Part shown: positions 33,187 to 47,779 of the stretch, one piece after another | Position numbering within the stretch: the stretch's first letter is position 1 | Layout: each line of letters begins with the position of its first letter | NCBI GenBank assembly: GCA_003344405.1 | Contig: NOWV01000017.1 | Span: 310,001-374,000, forward strand | Direction of reading: 5' to 3' | DNA length: 64,000 nt | Source: Trichoplax sp. H2 | Lineage: Eukaryota | The notes under the pieces: generated by a model | Told to the model about the DNA's origin: nothing | Seen by the model: only the letters and a program-made list of their open reading frames with translations | The model's database searches: none | Made by a program: the position numbers and the translations under genes

Positions 33187-36100
33187 TTACTGTGGGCATG
33201 TCCAATCGCCACTTAAATTACCAAATTTATACCGTTGCGTTGCGGCTTCACTGAATACGGGAATGACTTCATTTGCATTGACTGAAAATCGCTACACAAT
33301 TTTTAAAAGATTATGTTAGAATGTACGCTACCGTAGAAATCTATGAAGTATTGAAATATACGTATAAAGACTAGACTGCAGTGTCGGATATGATGAATAT
33401 AGACAGTTGATTATCTATCCGCAGTTTACTTTAAAATTAGCTTTCTTTTTTTAAGACATTAGCCAAGTAATATTCTAAAGCTTACACTAAATATTGTATT
33501 ATACTCACCTTTAAGTATATATAAGCATCCATCCCATAACCTTCTAAAGGAGATAGTTTTAAATCACCGTTTAAATACCTAGCATAAAGCCGTGATAATG
33601 GCAGTCCATAACCATAACCCGCCTTTAGATAAATAATTAATTAAAAATTATAAATTTACATCATCTTCAACGATTCCAGTCTCATTTACAAAGAATTTAC
33701 ACAATTTTTAGTTACCATAGGAGAAATAGATTCACTGCGTTCGGCATCAAACAATGATTGCTGTATTGGGCATAAATATAAATATAAATATACAATCAGT
33801 TTACCGCTATTCTAAGATTTTAATATCAACATTATAAGGTTCGACTATAACAGCTTCGAATAAAGAAAATATTCATGAACAGTTAATTACCTGTGGATCT
33901 GGAGCCGTGGAATACATATAACTAAATACAACATCTAATTTATTTAATGGAACGCCACCACCTCTGTCAACAACCTAAAAGAATGCAATTTTACAGATGA
34001 AATATGTGCATGCCAATAGCTATCATCACAAATGCAAGAATAAAAACGCTGCAAACAGTTAGTTTTCTAATTTTACTTACTCTAATCACTATATCTTCTT
34101 TTCCTGCGGTAATAATAACTTTAATCGGAGGCAATTCAGAATAACCCTCAATATGTTTTTCAACCGTTGCTCTCATCGAATTCTGCAAAGAGAAATCAAA
34201 AATAAGAATTGTTCTTCACTACGAGAATAATAAGAAAATTTTATTATCTCGTATGATATCATACCTTTAATAACTCGAAAACCATATAATGTAGTTGAGA
34301 TGGTATATAGCATATGGTTACAGGTGATAAGTTCCCAGCAGCTATTAAAAAAGCATTAACTTAATTCATTTGTACTACACTATCAGTTAAATAGTAAAGA
34401 AATAAAATACGGATATCAATACCATTATGTTCTTCAATTTCGACTTTAGGAGCAGCCATATAATATTGATCGCATAATGAGCTCGCATCTTCAGCAGCAC
34501 CTATTGAAAGTTATAACATTAATTCCTGGTCCTGACTTTAAAGTATTGGAAAGTTTAAAAATAGAATAGTCAGTCTATGGACATACTTTCAACTATTTTC
34601 ATTACACTGCAGTTGGGATTAATGCATCCAATGTGCCTTTTAAAGGGCTCTTCATCTCCGAACAGCGTTAAATGTTGCGTAATTAACAGTCTCATACTTG
34701 TACGATTAATATAGAATCGATCTGTAACATGACATTATCAGTTCAAAATTAATTGGATAGCAATTCGTTTCAGATGTTATAGCAGTGTATTTAAGCAATA
34801 CCCAAGAAATATTGTAACGACGAGTGATCCAAACTATGATTCTTTACAACTGTCTTCAATTCCATAATACCCTATACGTATAGTACAAAGTAAATCAATG
34901 TGGGTAAGCAATCATTTAAATTTATTTACTGTCAATTTTTAAATTATTTTGAATCGACGTTGATAAAAGCTGTAGGCTACTTGTACATACTTTGGCCATG
35001 GTTTCTATAACAGTACTATGGCGTTGATTGATGTTATGGATTAAATCAGTAAACTTATCTACCATACAGTCGCTGTCATTATCTGCGTTTTTCTCTCGAA
35101 ATTCAATTAGTTCCGATAAGCTTTGAGAATACCTAATTGATCACAAATTGCAGCAACTATTAATAACTTGTAACAATGGAAGACGAACATGAAATAATTT
35201 GGAAATCAAAATTGCAACGTGATTATGTGAACCAAGTGGAAAGGTCAGTTTAAATACTACTGTATATAGGTAATTTATCGGAAAGGATTAGAATTAAGCT
35301 TGTTGCAATATGTGATGTAACTGAAGTAGGAAGCTGTACTGTTATGATAATCGTTCTAAAATTGTGTGGTTTTTATAGTACAAGAGGTGCAGAAGACTAA
35401 AAGTTGTGTATAACCTTATCCTAGGCACAGTAGATAACTACAAAAAATATACTCGTATGGCAGTACTTACCAGCCGTTTAAAGTTTGAACCGAAGGCATT
35501 TCCATAAGTATATTGGGCAAGTGGTGAAGCTCCTTCATAATGTGTGCAAGCCTAATAGGCAGCTCACATCTTAAATATCGATAGGAATCCTGACTTGTGG
35601 CCGTTCGACCTTTCATCATCATAATAAATAACAAAATTAGTCCTTCTGTAAGAACAGGTTCACACGAAGTCATTCAAGTTTAGTCTACAAACTATACAAT
35701 ACGTATATATTTGATATTAATACTAATAAGTATGGTCATTGTGCGGTGACAGTAACATAGTAAAGTAAAAAAGTATAAGTACACGAAGTTTAACGAGCGA
35801 GGGATGGACTATTTTTTGCGATCGATGAGAAAGAATATATTTATCGTTCAATTATACTCATATGTGCCATTAGTGTTATGCAAACGACGATATTGTAGTA
35901 TGGACAGTAATAAAGGTGGGTAATTGCGTATTTTACAGTTTCCTGTATAGCAAAATAAAAATCTTGCGACCAGCTAGTTTACCTTACTACAGTATTATAG
36001 CTATACAGTATTGTAAGTTGTACGCAACGTTGCATTCATCTTTCAAATTTTGAAATAATAACTCAGTGTGTTTCTAAGGGATAAAATAACTTTTCAGCGA

Positions 36101-37510
36101 ATGGAAAAAATGATGTTAATCTCAAGACACGTTGTTTGACGTCGATGTGTTTAATAAATTAGCGATACGAGGGTGATTAATTGATGATAAGGGCGATACG
36201 CTACGCGTATAGCGACCGATAGTTTTTTATGGGCATTTTGATCGAAAAATAGCCTTTAAACTATTCAAGATGCAGTACACGTATAGTATCCATAGTGGTG
36301 AGTTAAAATAGGCAATGCATTAACGTGTCGATCTTCAACCGAATTGTGCGTAGAGCCTTTTCGATATTTGCCTTTGCACTGTACTGTACAGTATTACACG
36401 GTAACAAATTTATTTATTTATCTATTTTTATGTAAACTTCTTCTCGTACGCTAAATTCACCTCTATCGTATCTATTGGATGACTAATTTCAAATATTTAA
36501 TCAAAGTATAGGAAAAAAAAAATTCTTTTACTTATACCGTTCTAGATTTTAAGTAAAGGGCAACCATCGGCTGATATAATTGAGCCAACCTAATTAACAT
36601 AACGACTGTGGTGATTTAACGTATTACGATCCAAAATAAAGCAAAGGAATAAAAATATTTTACAGGTAATTTTGAAGTTATTGGGTGAGAACGCTAGTGG
36701 CCAAACCTACCGTACGTTACGCTATACGAATACTTTAATACTGGATATTTTACTACCGTAAATGCTATTGGGCTGACCGTTTGAAATCATTTCATCGATC
36801 GGTTGGAAATTCTATCCGCTAATTTAATATACTGTAGATGTAAAAACGACAGGCATAACCACCTGATAATAGGCGTTGTGCAGGAGTCTAACTACTTGTA
36901 GGCGGATTTGAGTAAAATTCTTTCCTCAACTCACTGTCCACTTTTGTAAAACAATTGCAAAATAAGCAATCTTTTTCGATCTTACAGAATAACTTTTTAT
37001 TGATTGGCAAGAATATTGATGTAAAGTATTTTGACATTGGAGAAGTAACTACTATTTATTGGCAATAATTAATAATGTAACGTACAGTACTGTAGTTTAA
37101 GTGACGGATGCCGATCTGTAAGATGATATGTATCGAGCAAGACGTTCCTAAGCTAAAATCGTTGCTATTGATGTTGCTAGCAGGCTGAACGGGTATACTT
37201 GGTGTGGATAAGTAACTCTATTTGTAGTGTACAGAAGGATGCCTAGTGAAATAACTGGCTGACTACGAATTACGACTTGCAAAGCATGACTACATGTATC
37301 GCTGTAGCATGTTTAGTCAAGACTGAAGATGAGATCTCTGCATAGTATAGAGCTGAAGTTATTTCAAATTGAATCATGCTAGACGAAGATATTGAACTTA
37401 CCGAAATCCATCAATTGGCGAATGGATAAAGGCGAAGGTGAATATTTCCAGTAGCGATTAATATAGGTAGTAACTTCTTGAGAAGCCACTTTGAACGCTT
37501 GTTGAGCCAT
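33187..37510 (-). CDS. PDK: Pyruvate dehydrogenase kinase, mitochondrial, paralogue 1, multi-exon
   Basis: Starts [37 protein letters not shown], with an in-frame stop upstream of the ATG. Motifs: [46 protein letters not shown]. Ends with the C-terminal DW motif (SGDWTCPQ*). Confidence 0.95.
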
Positions 37511-38454
37511 GGTAGGTGTACTGGTGGGTGTTGTACTAATGAATAATTAGTACGGTAAAAGATTGGAGCAATTTCCTATCCAATTTCAACTATCTGAAGT
37601 CACTACTCGTCACGGATTAGCAATGGTAAGCTTGAATGAAGGCTTGAAAGTACCAGTAGTCGATTGGAGTGGATGTTTTGGGGCAAATTTGCTGATGATT
37701 GATTTGCAATTACTATTTCCAGCTTATCCTTGAATGATAAACTTACGTCAGTATGTCTGTAATATTGCACTACTTGAGCCTTGAGGTGGTTGATTGCGGG
37801 TGTTTTCCTATTCGTGTATTCAGTATAGACTTGCTTTGACGATGGATCTACTTCACATGCGCGATGGCAATAAAGAATGAATTGTACAGCGCCCACACCA
37901 ATATTTATAAAGTTGGTGGCCATCACGTGGTCTAGAAACTTCTGGTCCATTTGGAACTGAACTTGCGTAGTGTAGTGCACTTGCGCAATGTCAACCATGG
38001 TTATTGTTTGCAAAGATAAAAGAAAAGAACCTTTTATCTCTCCAGTGACCCTTCCATGTACGTCACAAAAACGAGGGTGAGACCAGGGTGGTGTGTTGGA
38101 GGTTTGCCCATCAATGATAAGCCGGCCAGAAAGGCGATTGGCAGACATTCAATTGACGTTCAATACCGCAGTACAATCAGAGTCCAGTCCAGTCCAATCA
38201 TGACGCAATACGTACAATACAATGATTTGGACTACTGGACTAGAAATTACCAGTAGCGTTGACGTCCAACGTGAGCACGTACATCTGAACGATTTTCGTC
38301 GTAGCCATGATCTATATTTAGTGCAATCAAGGTGTGCAGGTGTACTCGTTTTCTGGTTATTCTACTTTGTATAGCACGAAAAGTGCACAGTATAAAACCA
38401 ATCAATCAAGGGAGCAGCTATTGAGTAACTTGTAAGGAGAGACGAAACCTTTTA

Positions 38455-38705
38455 GTACTGTCTAAAAACTATAACTATACTGTACTGTACAGTACAGTAC
38501 AGTATACTGTACTGTAGTTATAGTTTGTACATGTACAGTACAGTACTGTACTGTAGACCTACAGTACTGTACTGTACATTGTACAGTAGAGGTCAATTTA
38601 TCTTAGTACTGTACTGTACTGTACAGACTGTACAAATAAGGAGATTACTGTACTGTATACTGTCCAGTGTCCAGCACAGTACAGACGTACAGTACAGTAG
38701 AACAT
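38455..38705. repeat. Dense tract of mixed CAGTA/CTGTA pentamers (putative stacked Tc1/mariner excision footprints)
   Basis: Example: TA CTGTA CTGTA CAGTA CAGTA CAGTA TA CTGTA CTGTA at 38478-38516. Similar tracts occur at ~13270, 13705-13757, 48140-49290 and 62310-62370. Confidence 0.85.
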
Positions 38706-39521
38706 TGTGAACTCCTAAAACTTTCGCACTTGTACAGTAGATCCCTTTATCAAAAGAATTTCACCATCTTTAAAATTAAAAATTATTGTCTGCAATCATC
38801 TCATCTACATTTTTATCAAGCTTCACTTCAACATCTTGAGGAAAACTATCTTTTATCTGACAATGTCTGCAAATGGCCAAGGACTTGTACAGTACAACTG
38901 CAGATCACTGTGGATTGTACAGTATTGTAGGATACGGTAGCGCCACACCTAAAACCAGCATCGAGTTTTGACCTTTTGTGGGTGACCTTACCAGACGGAC
39001 AGATTTCGGAATTCTACTTCCATGACGGGGTTTAGTCATTCAGAACGACTAACGACTAGGACAGAGCACGTTCGAGTATGCAGCACTATAGAACCAAACC
39101 TTCGACAGGTGTAAGTATAGTGAGTAGTGTCTAGGCTTGCGCTATTGCCTTGCCTACTGTCATCGTTCTCCTCTCTTGTTCTTCCTTCTTGCCCCCGATG
39201 TGTAAGGTAGTGGGAAAGAAGCTTTTACGTACAAGTAGGTTGCGATTGCGGTATTGATTATTCCGCGCATCGTCGATGATTCGACAATCCCTGGCATAAC
39301 CTTGTTAACTCTTTCGTGCAAACTTGAATTCGACTCTACTACAGTGATGTATGTGTCAGCAGTAGTCAAGCTTGAATGTTGTTGTTGTAGACGTGAAAAC
39401 AAAATTGTTACTAATTGCATCATCATTTTCCACACTGACAGCTCCAGTTGAATCCATTTCAAGTGGAACTGCATCGGCTTCCAATTCCAATTCATTGATA
39501 GGACGCTCAATTTATACATTG

Positions 39522-42500
39522 ATGGCTGCTCAAATTCGTCAACGAAGCGCTGATGTCATTAAATACATCAATCGCTACAGTCAGTATACACCGTTGTCGC
39601 TTTCCATTAAACAACTGATGGATTTTGGTAAGTTGATAGCAATCTATTTGAAATACTGTCATGATGATGGACTTGATCCTCATTGCATGCGTATACTAGT
39701 AATAGAGCATTGACAAAGCATCTACACTACTGGAAGATGATATTAGCATCACAACCCAAACAATATTTTACAGCCTAGGTCAATACAGGTAGTCCATCAT
39801 ACTGGATACTACGACAGTCACATATTTATTTATTCTACAATAGGCTTAGCGTTGCCTTATTATTTCTCCCAAATTATCACTACAGGATTAAATATATATC
39901 CTCACTGAGTCAAAGAATCAAATCGAATAAAAATGAAATGAATAAGATTGATTGGCATTGAGTAAAAAGTCAATAATCTGATAATGCACTGTTGAATAGC
40001 GACAGTACTCTACCATATACATTGTGCAGTATACATGCCGGGAAAGGCCAACAATATTGCCACCAATTACATTGACTGATGACTAGTAAATCCGTAACAT
40101 CACCTATATCGATTAGGTAATTAATTCATCAATCAGAATCAACTATCAACAGACAGGCTCAAGCTTGCTAGGCATAAGCACGAACGATAGTCTTTCCAAC
40201 CGTTGCACAGATTTGATTCCACACTACTCTGCAATTTTTAGCAATAGATATAGTGCAATTATCAATAAAGTCTAATAATCAATATATCATTCCTGTTTGA
40301 CTACAACTATGGTCCATGGGCGTCGTTGATTCATTTGGTTTGTCATATCGCATTGTAGTATTGGAAATCAATGGCGATGTCAATTCTTTTGCAACCATAG
40401 TACAGTATATTGTATTGTGGAGCAGCACACCGTATTGTCAACTTGTAGTAATTTTTGCACCTATTCTCGCCATGTTATTGTCGGATTCTATAGTATCTTA
40501 ACGCTAAATTTCAACCCATAAAATCAATATCCATCGATTCATCATTATTAAATGAAATAATCACTAAAAATATTGGTAACAGGTTGACGTGATGAATAGG
40601 ATGTCCTAAAACTTTCATTTTTTTTAATTTACGATAATTATCTTATCCTTGATGACGTAAAAGCACGCCTCATCAATTGAAAAATTGTTTTTGTATATGG
40701 CACCCGAGAGTAGGTTTTATTTAGAATCACTACCATTGGTAAATTGCTGTAGATGTATAGCATTATCCCTTACAATTCATGACTGACATCCACTTAGAAT
40801 AACTGTAATTATAACCATAAATTAGTGAATACTACTTTGTTGTCTAACGACGATATTTGTTATTTAATTATTGACCGTTGATTAAATGGTTCTATCAAAA
40901 ATAGTTTTGCCCAATGTAAACAAATAATTCTATCAGTACATCGGTAGATCGCAGATACAACTATCCTTATTTTCAAACACTATATTATTGAATTCAATGG
41001 ATTTGTTATTTACTAGATCCACAATATCGCTAATTGAAGATGTCATAAATTTAACCTCCAAGTAATCAATTGATATTTTCCAAATGGAGAGAAAATTCAA
41101 TTTTCGATAGCACTCTTAACTTAATCATAGTCTTTACTTTGATCGCGAGAGTAATCTAAATGAATAATTTTAGCATGCATACAAGAATCATAATTCAGCC
41201 TATAGGGGTTACAGCAAGTGCTGAAAATGATTTCCTACTTGACTGTACAGTTAATTTTTCTCAACAACCGCAGCTTCCGTTTTACTTTCCTTTATTTATT
41301 TCTATTTCATTGATAAATTTACTTTATTTTGTTACATGCGGTTACAAGCTATGAATACAGTCGAGAATTATAGTTACTGTATAATCACATCGATGAATTA
41401 CTCTATGATAGCGTTGTATTTGATCAGACACCATAGTCGCTTCTCATGTTGTAGTCGCATTTGTATACCGTATTGTATGTACACATTAGTGTACTGTATA
41501 TTCACGCATGACATGGAATATCCTCAGCCATATCAAATTATTCAATCCAAATACGCTAAAATGGGATTTAAAAGTAATTGAGGAGACGAAAAAGGATTAA
41601 TCAAATCACTGCACACGATAGCTGTCACAATTTAAGTATTGGTTTGTCATTGGAGTATGTAAAATAGCTTGCAGGCCATTTTTACTAACTGTAAATAAAA
41701 ATAAAACAATATTGAATGAAGATGAAAAGGATTAGACTCATTTCTGTATAAGATAGTTAATTCACATTTTCGAATAGCTATAGTCAGCATAAGTTGAATG
41801 TTGACTTGCCATTACGCAAAATAGGTTGTCAGTCACTTTTTCCGATAATTATAATCATTTAGTAACAATATCGCTAGCCAAAAGAGATCACTATCCCTTT
41901 CATTACAGTAAAAATAGGTTCTAATGCAATTGGAACGGTAACTTGGCATCATCCATGTATGAAAACTTATTTGCTAAAAACGTCCTTGCGTTGTAGTGTA
42001 TTTATTTTAACATTTCAATTTGAAGCCTGTGTAATATTTGGATCGTAACACTTTCATCCTACGGCTTTAATGGAATGGAATTATTCATCAAGTAATTAAA
42101 TTTACTACTTTTATATTTTATATTAATCAAATTTAAATATAACATAAACGAATTAGGTCGTCATGGCTCAATCCTTAATTCATATAAGTTCTTGAGTTCC
42201 GAACTCCCTATAAGGTTGGCGCATATTATGAAGGAATTGCGTTATTTGCCTGTTGGATTATTAGATATGCCGTCGGTGCAAAGAGTTGATAATTGGTAAT
42301 TAAATAAAAAAAGTTTCAATCATTGCTTCACGTGATTTAGAATTGTTGAGGTTTTACTTGTTAAGCAACTTAATCAACTTAACTATAGCTACAGTAGGGT
42401 TCAATATGATACCTACTCGTACAGAATTAGCTGATATGCAGAATGTAATCCTTGTGTGTGATATCAATGACGAGTACATGTTATTTTTTATAGGTACGCA

Positions 42501-44525
42501 ACTAGTTTAATCGAGTTAATCGATTTTAGAGACCAGCACAAAGGTAAATCCTGTGAAGTGACTGCTAAGAATTTTACGAATTTGGTAGCAAACATCAGAC
42601 AGCGCCATAATAGCGTAGTAGAAACAATGGCGCAGGTAAATATATCTACGTATACTGTAAACATATATCTAATTTTTTTCTTAATTGATTTTTACTATGA
42701 CGGTTACAGTTTACTGCATTAAGGAAATGTATAACAATCATTTACTTTAGGGCATTATAGAATTGAAGCTTGCTAAGAAAGACTATAATTTAGATCAACA
42801 TCGTTTACAATATTTTTTAGGTAAGTTTATTATACTCTGATCATTTTTTTGTATTGTTTTGTCGTCTCCTTGTACTTACGAGCTTTAATAGTAAATTTCT
42901 ATAATATCCTTATGTTGTAGACCGCTTTTATACCAACAGAATGAGTATTAGATTATTAATTACGCAACACAACATGCTATTCGGTGAAGAGAATGCAGAA
43001 AAAAAGCATATTGGCTGCATTGATCCGTCTTGTAATTTATCAGAAATTGTTGCAAGTAATATTTTGTTACAAATTATCCAATCAGACTATTTTAATAATT
43101 GAACGTATAGCTCGTTTATAAATCTAATAAGTATTGACTATTTGATTATTTTAAAATTGCAGGTGCAGTTAATAATGCTAGCGAATTATGCGATCAATAT
43201 TATATGGTTGTTCCACCAGTTGATATTAACGAAGCTAACGGTAATTAATTATAAATTATTGGCTAGTATTTTTTAAAGTGCATCATGCAGATTTCCATAA
43301 GTACGGATCACCAGCTCTATCGGTATCATTAACGCGCATAACCATACTATGAAAATCAAATATTTTCTTACTCTGTATATAGCCGTAGAACCTGGTAGTG
43401 GTGTTGATATATGTTACATTCCATCTCATTTGCATTACATGGTGTTTGAACTATTAAAGGTTTGAAATATATTAACGATTTTTTTACGTCTACTCTCACG
43501 TGTAAAAGTATGAGCGAATTCTAAAGGCTGCACTATCTTATATATTTGCGTAGAATTCTATGAGAGCAGTAGTTGAAAATCATCAAAATAATCTCAACTT
43601 ACCTCCAATTCAAGTTACTATCACCAAAGGCGAAGAAGACATTCTTATTAGGGTACTGTAGTGCTTAAAATTGAGTAATTAAGTTTGTAATTGTTTGATA
43701 TGCCAATACTCTATTAACTATAGTACTACCGGGATGGGATATGCGGACTTTATTTATGCTAAAAATTCAAATTTTTTCTTTAGATCTGTGATAGAGGAGG
43801 GGGTATCCCAATCTCAAAATTAGAAGACATTTACAGTTACATGTACTCAACCGCACCTCAAGTAAGACTTGAATAGTTCAGTAGTCTGATAATTAATTAT
43901 ACTGTATAATCAAAATAAATACTCAAATACTGCTGCATTAATCTTAAATTAGCCGCCATCACTGGATTTGGTTGCAAGGTCAGAAACAGTAACGCCGCTT
44001 GTAAGTTTGTTAATAACATGAACCACAATTAGATAATAAAATTGATGCTCTTCTGCAATCCCTAACCAATTTAATTTGCTAAGTATTCAAATAATAAACT
44101 ATCGTTTGTTTACTTATGGTATGTCCTTTAACTCGCTTAATTTAGGCTGGCTTTGGTGTTGGCCTGCCATTATCTCGCTTGTATGCTAGGTATTTAAACG
44201 GAGATTTAAAGCTTTCCCCCTTGGAAGGTTATGGTATGGATGCATATATTTATCTAAAGGTACTAATTATTTCTCTAACAAATGATTGTCAATCTACTGT
44301 AAAATCTAATCGGTATAGAATCTACGCATGTAGGACATTTCAGATAATATTCAGAAATTGATGATATCATATTTATAAAGTCAATTTAATTTGCAGCGAT
44401 TTTCTGTGAAAGCCAATGAAGTTCTACCGGTATTTGGCGAAGCAGCATCTCAGCAATATCGTGTTAGAGGATTGAGTGGAGATTGGACCGCATCAGCGAG
44501 TAATCGCAAAGACAAAAGTGGATAA
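39522..44525 (+). CDS. PDK: Pyruvate dehydrogenase kinase, mitochondrial, paralogue 2, multi-exon
   Basis: Starts [36 protein letters not shown]. Motifs: [50 protein letters not shown]. Ends [19 protein letters not shown] at 44523-44525. Intron positions match paralogue 1. Confidence 0.95.
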
Positions 44526-45053
44526 TCTTGAGAATCGTTAACTGCGTATAATCATCATCAATTTGGATGGTATAGTTAATATCATATGCAATTATTGTTC
44601 ATGCTGATAGCACACATTTTTGGGACTCGAAGGCTAATATTTTGATACACAGATTGAAAAAATGGCGCATATATAATAATTACGTAATAAATCTGCCATA
44701 TTTGATATATCAAACAAGGAAATGATTACATAATCTGATCACAGAAGCAGTAATTAATTAATTAATCATCGCATATACTTGATATTTAATTTATAATTTA
44801 AAACAATTTTCAAAAATGACACATTATCAATCGGCAGACTTGTATTTAAATTTTTATGTTATTAGCTGCTATAAATATCTGACTATTTTGTCATATTAAA
44901 TTCCTGATGAGTTCGCTAACATTGATTATTGCAATCTCTAGAGAATAGAGCGAAGGTGTATCTTTTAAAGGAGGTTATAAATTTGATATTTTTGAATTTT
45001 ATTTATATTACAATACTTTGAAATGCGGTGTTAAATAAGCTTCCTATGACTTT

Positions 45054-47779
45054 TTACGGCCTCGTTAAAATTTCGACGCCTTGTGAAGTGATAAGAACCG
45101 TATGTTCGCATTGTGCACTTCTGAAATAAAAATGTAATCGATCAGAGGAAAAATTTCGGACTTGTGACTTGTATATTACATCTAATTCAAGATTTCTTTT
45201 CAGCGCGTAGTAATACTGTATAAATCCTTATGAATGCAAGATTAATGAAATGCGAACATGTACATAAATCATCCTTTTAGCGGAAGTCGTTTAAAATCAA
45301 CAATACCTTTTATTGTCTGTTGATATTGCAGTCCATCCGTCTTCAAGAATTTCTGCGTCAGGTGTTCCTTCACAAATGACCGGCTCTAGTATGACCATCA
45401 ACGCAACTTGTTAAATAGCACATAAATACATTGATGGTATCAAATGTAAAGAGTAGTCTACTATTTTTTGGAAACCTATTGTAAAGGTCATTCCAGGTCG
45501 CATATGTCCTATTTGCCAATTACCTACGAACAAAGTGAATGGAAAAATAGTAATTTAAGTAAAAAGTTAGATTGATCATAGTAACTGCTAATTACGTTAG
45601 ATTTAATTACAAATTAGTAAAACGTACGATAATGATAGATATGAGGGGGTCCATGAAAATATGATCCAATTCCATGGCCAAGAAACATTTTATTCACAGT
45701 AAAGCCGGCCGCACGCGCCAAGTTGCTGATAAAAGTTTTACCGTAAAAACAACATTTATATATTTATAGAACGGACATTAATAACATGCAATCTGACCTA
45801 ATCGTTTTGCCAATATTGCGGAACGGTACATTCGGCCCACAAATATCAATTGCTTGTTGAAGGCAAAGTTTGGCAGTTTCAACGAGTTGTTGGCCTGTTT
45901 CATCTACGTTGCCTAATAAAAATGTATCAGAGGTATCGCCGTGATAACCATTATAATAGACCTATGTGATTAAAAGGAACAATAAAAGTTATTCAACTAT
46001 TAGAATTTATTAATACTAGAGTAAGTTGCTTTTGTAAAAATTTGATATTATACTACTAGCAGAAAGCAGTCAGGAGTTATAGAAATTGATGTTATGATCG
46101 TGACTTACAGAAATATCAACGTTGATGATGTCTCCATCTTCCAGTGGACGGCTAAATGAGCGAAAAGAGGATTACATACAATGAATAAGCAATATTGAAA
46201 TGGATATAGTTTTATAGATGTAATTTTATAATTTTTCTTATCTATAAACGTATCGTATGTACGAAGGATATTTTATGAGGCTACACTGTCTACCGTTAGT
46301 AACTTTTATAGATATTTGAATAGTTGGTAGAGTTTAACAGCAATACAATATCAAATGTTTGATCGAATATGATCATCTGTATTAACCTAACCTATCGGGA
46401 ATTCCATGACAAGCAACGTTGTTGACTGAAGTGCATACTGATTTTGGGTAACCATTGTAGTTGAGAGGTGATGGATAAGCACCATGTTGGATTATGTTAT
46501 CGTGAACGAACTGATCAATATCTTCGGTTGTCATCCCAACCTAAAATTGTAGTGTAAAGATCGAAATCAGGCAATATTTATTGTTTACGTTTTTGTACAT
46601 AGTACAGTATACTCGTTGTTGTATAGAGTATTTATCGCATCATCAATTAATAAACAGAATTAATGGCAAGGTGGATAACGTTGTATTATACTTTACATCT
46701 CAATTAGCGTCGGACTTAATGCATATGCGTACGAATGTTTTATTTTGATAATTTACGTTTCTTAGGTAGATATTCAAATCGCAGTGAAGTTGGTGTTGGC
46801 AATAATTAATCATTGTAATGCCATATTTACAGTCTATGTCGATATACAGTAAACGTGAATATTCATTATATGCGCGTACATGGATTATCAAGGGCTGAAA
46901 TTTTCTATGAGCTAATATTGATGCTCTAAACTAAAATTATATTGCCATGTCGTTTTTCAGTGTACCTTAATGTAGTTTTTAACAGAATCTAATATTCGGT
47001 ATGCCAATTGACAAGATCTCTTCATGGCGTCAATCTGGTCTTCATTTTTAATTTCAATAGTGATAGGTGACGGAGGGACTACGCCTGTTAAAGCGTATGG
47101 AGGCAACGGTATACCTTGTGGGACAGGCTGAGCTGGAGATACTTGTTTAGGTTGTACCAAACTAAATGAAGACCAAGATCTATACGAATACAAGGAATAG
47201 ACGTGGTTGTATTTTGTCACTAATTATAATTATAATTATAATTGAATGGTTACATAGCAGTGCTTTAAGTTAAGAGCTAGTTGTACCTAAAAATCTGCCT
47301 ATATCGGCTGGAGAATAGCATAGATGGCGAATAGTAATTGCCTATTCGTAGCTTTCCTAATAAAATCAATAGTTTCAATTGCATTTCTTGAACTGTTTGC
47401 ATACGTACGTATCTCTGTCTAGCTCTGGACAACTGGCTGCGTTGTACAGTCGATAGCGTATTCTGCATCATTCAATTCAATTAATGATACTTGATAATAC
47501 GAATAATCTGCACTTATACCTATGCTAGTTTAGTTATGTGCATAGTATTATGGTTAATTATTGGTTATGGTTGTGTTTTACAGGTCAGAAATCTGATCCA
47601 CTAGATTGCATCAGATTGCATTTATCCTTTTATTGACAGTCGTTATTACGCGTATGGGCATATCGGTTATTTGCACGAGTAATGATCAACTGCTGTTGCA
47701 TTGATCTGCTCTGTCTCTAACCTGCTATTTTAAGCATACGGCAACAAGTTGTCAGCCTATTGATTCCTTGTAAAACCAT
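45054..47779 (-). CDS. METAP1D: Methionine aminopeptidase 1D, mitochondrial, multi-exon
   Basis: Phase-compatible 5' exons give a presequence-like [45 protein letters not shown]. Catalytic motifs follow: [65 protein letters not shown] and SAQCEHT. TAA at 45056-45054. Confidence 0.92.

Noticed and set aside
39372-39521. N-terminal extension of PDK paralogue 2 from the open frame starting at 39372
   Set aside because: It starts at TTG with no ATG, and the ATG at 39522 aligns in position with the start of paralogue 1.
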